Below, one piece after another: positions 60,213 to 64,000 of a stretch of DNA of 64,000 nt. Made by a program: the position numbers and the translations under genes. The notes under the pieces were generated by a model. That model did not search any database, had not been told where the DNA came from, and saw only the letters and a program-made list of their open reading frames with translations. Each line of letters starts with the position of its first letter. The first letter of the stretch is position 1. This DNA is from Sphyrna mokarran (taxonomy: Eukaryota): NCBI GenBank assembly GCA_024679065.1, contig JAGIQG010000011.1, positions 74,710,001-74,774,000 of the forward strand. Reading direction: 5' to 3'.

Positions 60213-60573
60213 AGGCGGCAGTGGTGTAATAATACTGTCACAGGACTAATAATCCACAGGCCCAGGTTAATGTTCTGGTGGTCCATGTTCGATTCCCACC
60301 ATGGCAGATGTTAAATTTAAACTCAATAAAAAATTTGAAATGAAAAGTCTTATGTTGATCGTGAAACCATTGTCGATTGTCATTTTGAAAAGAAACATCT
60401 GGTTCATTAATGTCCTTTTAAGGAGGGCAATCTACCATCCTTACCTGGTCTGGCCTACATGTGACTCCAGATCCACAGCAATATGGTTGACTTTAAATGT
60501 CCCCTTGGGGCAATGAGGGATGGGCAATAAATGCTCGCCTTTCCAGCGACATCCCCTGAATGAATACAAAAAA
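60213..60573 (+). mobile_element. tRNA-derived SINE with MetaSINE-like core (best copy)
   Basis: B-box GTTCGATTCC; ATCTGGTTCATTAATGTCCTTT...CCTTACCTGGTCTGGCCTACATGTGACTCCAGATCCACAGCAATATGGTTGACT; tail GGGATGGGCAATAAATGC...TGAATGAATAC. Confidence 0.8.
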
Positions 60574-61939
60574 GACCAGTCAGACCGAATAGCTCATTTC
60601 TTTCCCGTACAGCTGATGTTAATCGATGTAAATATAGAAAGAAAAATGAAACAAATCAACAACAGTCAAATATTAAAAATTGTTTTAATACATTAAGCTT
60701 TTTAAACAACAGTGGCAAATATTTAAAGAAGTCTTTTACACCATTAATAAATGATCATTCAAATTTATCTGAGTTTCAAATTAAAATGTATTCTGTGTTT
60801 ACGTAGGAGCAATGTGATATATTTGGCACCTAGCCACTTGAAATTGCACCTAAGTTTCTATAGTGGCTGGTTAATATATCAATGAAGCAATGTCTGACAC
60901 TAGCCCAAAGCTGTATGGAGAAGAGCTTCTAGTGTGCCATCAGTGCAGTTAACAAACTGACTTGAGTGTAAATCATCTTGATTTACTAATCCAAGTCAGT
61001 ATGCATTTCTTGTTAGTGTGACAATCTTATTGTGTGGCTTGCTTAGTGGGTAACATAGTTCTCAGAGTTCATAACCAGAATCCTCAGTAGACTCCATATG
61101 TGGTTTAAAATTGAGAAACTCAGATGAAGGGTCAAGAATCATAGTATATGATGCAGTCAAGGCTAGAAAGTTGAGGAAACGAACAGATAAATGAAGAAGC
61201 AGTGATTATATAATGCAAGCTTGGATTTCCAATTTTGTCCACTATAAGATGAAAGAAAAATGAGGATGTGAATAAAATGATTACTAAAAATGGTAAAGCA
61301 TGTTGGCATGTGTTTCCTGAATTGCAAGCTAGTTGCATAATACATTACTTACTAGGTTTTTCAAAATGATTAGTTAATAACAGTTCTTTTTCTGGATTTA
61401 TCCCCTCCGCATTCTGTCTGGTTCTTGGTTGGTATTTCTGAAGAATACTAGAGTTTTATTCTTGCATGTTATCATAGAATTAAGGGATGCAATATTATCA
61501 TCTCACTTGATCAAGCCAGGAAACTAGCATGTAGTGCCAAAAATCTGACTTATGCCCAGCACCAGATGAGTTGCTATGTTCCTGGCCCCTTTCCAATGGT
61601 GCAAAGCTTGTTAGCAAGAGGTTGACTGGATTTCATTATCAATAGCAAGTTTGGCACACTAGCCTTACCCCGCCACCACCATTGCCCCCAGATGGTTCCC
61701 ACCTCTCTGGTAGGTCACGCCAATGATAGTTAGTATTGTGGGTGAGCAGTAGCGAAGGATGCGAGGAGGTGAGTATCATTGAGTGATGTAATTCTTAAGC
61801 ATCACACCCATTAGTCTGCACATAATGAACACTGGAATGAATTCACAGCCAATCTGTTAACCCTTTCCTTACAAGATGAGATCTTTTTGGTACATTGGGT
61901 GATTATGCATACAGGGAAGACACTTGGAGCCATTGCAAT

Positions 61940-62190
61940 GGCTGCATTATGACGTGCATCAGCAGAACCATGCAGTTAGATTTTGGAAGACGATGGAAAA
62001 AGGTGGTGAAGTCAGTGGAAAAATTTGAAAGATGAAGAGATGTATGAAATCATGGTTGCAGGATCATTTGTGACTTTGATAAATACGGTCTCAGAGTTTT
62101 GGTTGGGGTGGAAGCCAGATTGAAGAGTCTTGAATAAGAATTTTTTGAATGAGTGGAAACATAGTTGCAAGGCAACAGCATCTGTCAGAA
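61940..62190 (-). mobile_element. L2 RT fragment
   Basis: LQSGFHPNQNSETVFIKVTND. Confidence 0.7.
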
Positions 62191-62199
62191 AACAAAGAC

Positions 62200-62790
62200 A
62201 TGAAAGCAAGATGCAAACTGATGCTTAGGGGGAATAAAATTAAAATGGAGGACAGAGTTCATGGTCTGAAGTTGTTGAGTCCAGAAGGCAGTGGAGTACC
62301 TAATTGGAAGATGAGGTGCTGTTCCTCAAGTTTGAATTGGGCTTCACTGGATCATTGCAACGTACTTAGGACAGAAATGTGAGTATGAGGGCAAGATGGT
62401 GAATTGAAATGTCAAGTGGGATAATGTTTGCAGGTTTAAACAGAGGCGTTTTGCAAAGCGGTCACCCAGTTTGTGTTTGGGCTTCCCAATTGAGAGCAAC
62501 GAATACGGTAGACTAGAAAGAAGTGCAAGCCAATTGGTGCTTCACCTGGAAGGAGTGTTTGGAACTGTGCAGAGTGGAGGTAAGGGAGCAGATAATAGAT
62601 AATTCTTCCTATTATCTGAGAAAAGACAATAGGAAGGGAAAGAGATGTTGGGGATGATAGAGGAGTGGGACAGGAAGTTGCAAAGCTAACAGTCCCTTCA
62701 GAATGCTGACAGGGGACTAAAACATTAACACTTTCGTTCCACTCATGCTGCAAGATTTGTTGAGTGTTTCCAATAATTTTTATTTTAATT
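62200..62790 (-). mobile_element. Penelope-like element, GIY-YIG endonuclease relic
   Basis: Reverse complement KLEEQHLIFQLGTPLPSGLN and KHSFQVKHQL...LVYRIRCSQ. Confidence 0.75.
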
Positions 62791-63857
62791 TAAAATTTAC
62801 ATCAAATAAATTTTCCTTTTGTTGGGGAAGTAAACAAGATGTTTTTGTTTTACATCTCCACTGCTGATTCATCTGCAACTTTACAGGGCTTGAATGATGG
62901 TAATTGTAATATTGTAATTGCTGCCGAGGAACAGGTGTCAGATTGAAAATCTAGTCTGGCTGAGAAGTTGGAAGCTTTTGAACTCATCAGATTCTATGTG
63001 GGAAAGTATCTAAATATGTTAATGCTACACTGTTTACATATTACATTACATAGAAGTTACACAAAAAACAGTCCATTTGTTTCCTCTGCTGATGCTTATG
63101 CTCCACGTGAGTTCCCTCCTATTCTTAACCTGACCTCATCAGTAAGCCATTTGCCTCAAATGCACCATGTAGTAGGGAAGTTATATTCAATGCAACTCTC
63201 TGAGTAAAGAAATTTCCCCTAAATTTCTTTTTGGATTTATTATTGACTGTCTTATATTTATTACTTAGTTTCAGACACACCCACATCAAAAGATTATTCT
63301 TTATATTTCCACATGCAACCTGGACAATCTTGGCCTTAGTGTCAAGATGTTATCTAGAACTCTAGAACCTGTAGGCCGTCCTAACTCATTAACAATTTCA
63401 ATTCGCACAAAACATGATTTACTTTTCAATCTGATACTACAATGGTTCTTCCCCTGTTTAACACAAGCCCTAATTAAGACAGATTTGTTAATAACAAAGG
63501 TTATCTGCAACATTCCTATTCATGAAGACGATAAATGAATATCACTCAATTCAATATATCACTTGCTTGTTTAAATTAAAGCTAGTGCAAACAAATGTAA
63601 GAACTTTGATTACCTGGTAACACAGCCCAGAGTAAACATTGTATTTTGGACCAATTGCCATACAAAACAAGTCTACCTAGTTGATTTAAAAGCTTATTTA
63701 CTGCATTTCATAACAATGCGGAAATGCACAATAAACTAATTTCTGCCAGAAATCGCATTGAGCATCATATTTTCTTCTCCCACAACAGATTTTCCATAAA
63801 TAGGGGTTAGAAAGAAAAACAGGTGCTATTACACAAATGTACATAAGTTGTGTCAGC

Positions 63858-64000
63858 TGTGGCTTAGTTGACAGCACTATCACTTATGAGTCACAAGCTC
63901 CACAGGTTCAAGTTCCACTCCAAGTTTTGAGCACAAAAATCAATGAATACTGATAGAATTGTGAAATCCCTGCAGTAAGGAGTCTTATCTATCCTTTCAG
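63858..64000 (+). mobile_element. DeuSINE-like SINE 5' end (runs off window)
   Basis: GTGGCTTAGTTGACAGCACT...GAGTCACAAG...GGTTCAAGTTCCACTCCA...TTGAGCACAAAAATC with A/B boxes. Confidence 0.65.

Noticed and set aside
1-64000. CRISPR arrays, operons, rRNA or true tRNA genes
   Set aside because: No regularly spaced repeat-spacer array or prokaryotic gene density. tRNA-like A/B boxes occur only as SINE heads without a full cloverleaf.

Overview
Eukaryotic, repeat-rich vertebrate DNA, most likely a cartilaginous fish (shark). This is inferred from the repeat mix: HE1-type V-SINEs, many CR1/HER1-like LINEs, Rex1/Babar, RTE, L2, Penelope, DeuSINE-like and MetaSINE-like SINEs. The only well-supported host gene part is a + strand last coding exon (1996-2067, ending KSPKAKRRKISR*) with a roughly 1.1 kb 3' UTR. 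The rest is intergenic and roughly half transposon-derived. Every long ORF in the track is CR1 reverse transcriptase or its antisense. Most notable observations: (1) a young CR1 LINE (4790-7015, minus) whose ~430-nt 3' UTR holds a strand-specific multi-hairpin RNA module plus a captured V-SINE, inside a three-level nested insertion; (2) fold-back Penelope-terminus insertions, one with a perfect 48-bp hairpin and a TSD, related to segments carrying hammerhead-like cores; (3) two local DNA-level duplications, one inverted and one near-identical direct; (4) Harbinger, Gypsy-integrase and zinc-knuckle relics. Family names come from motif recognition by eye. Boundaries of old elements are approximate.
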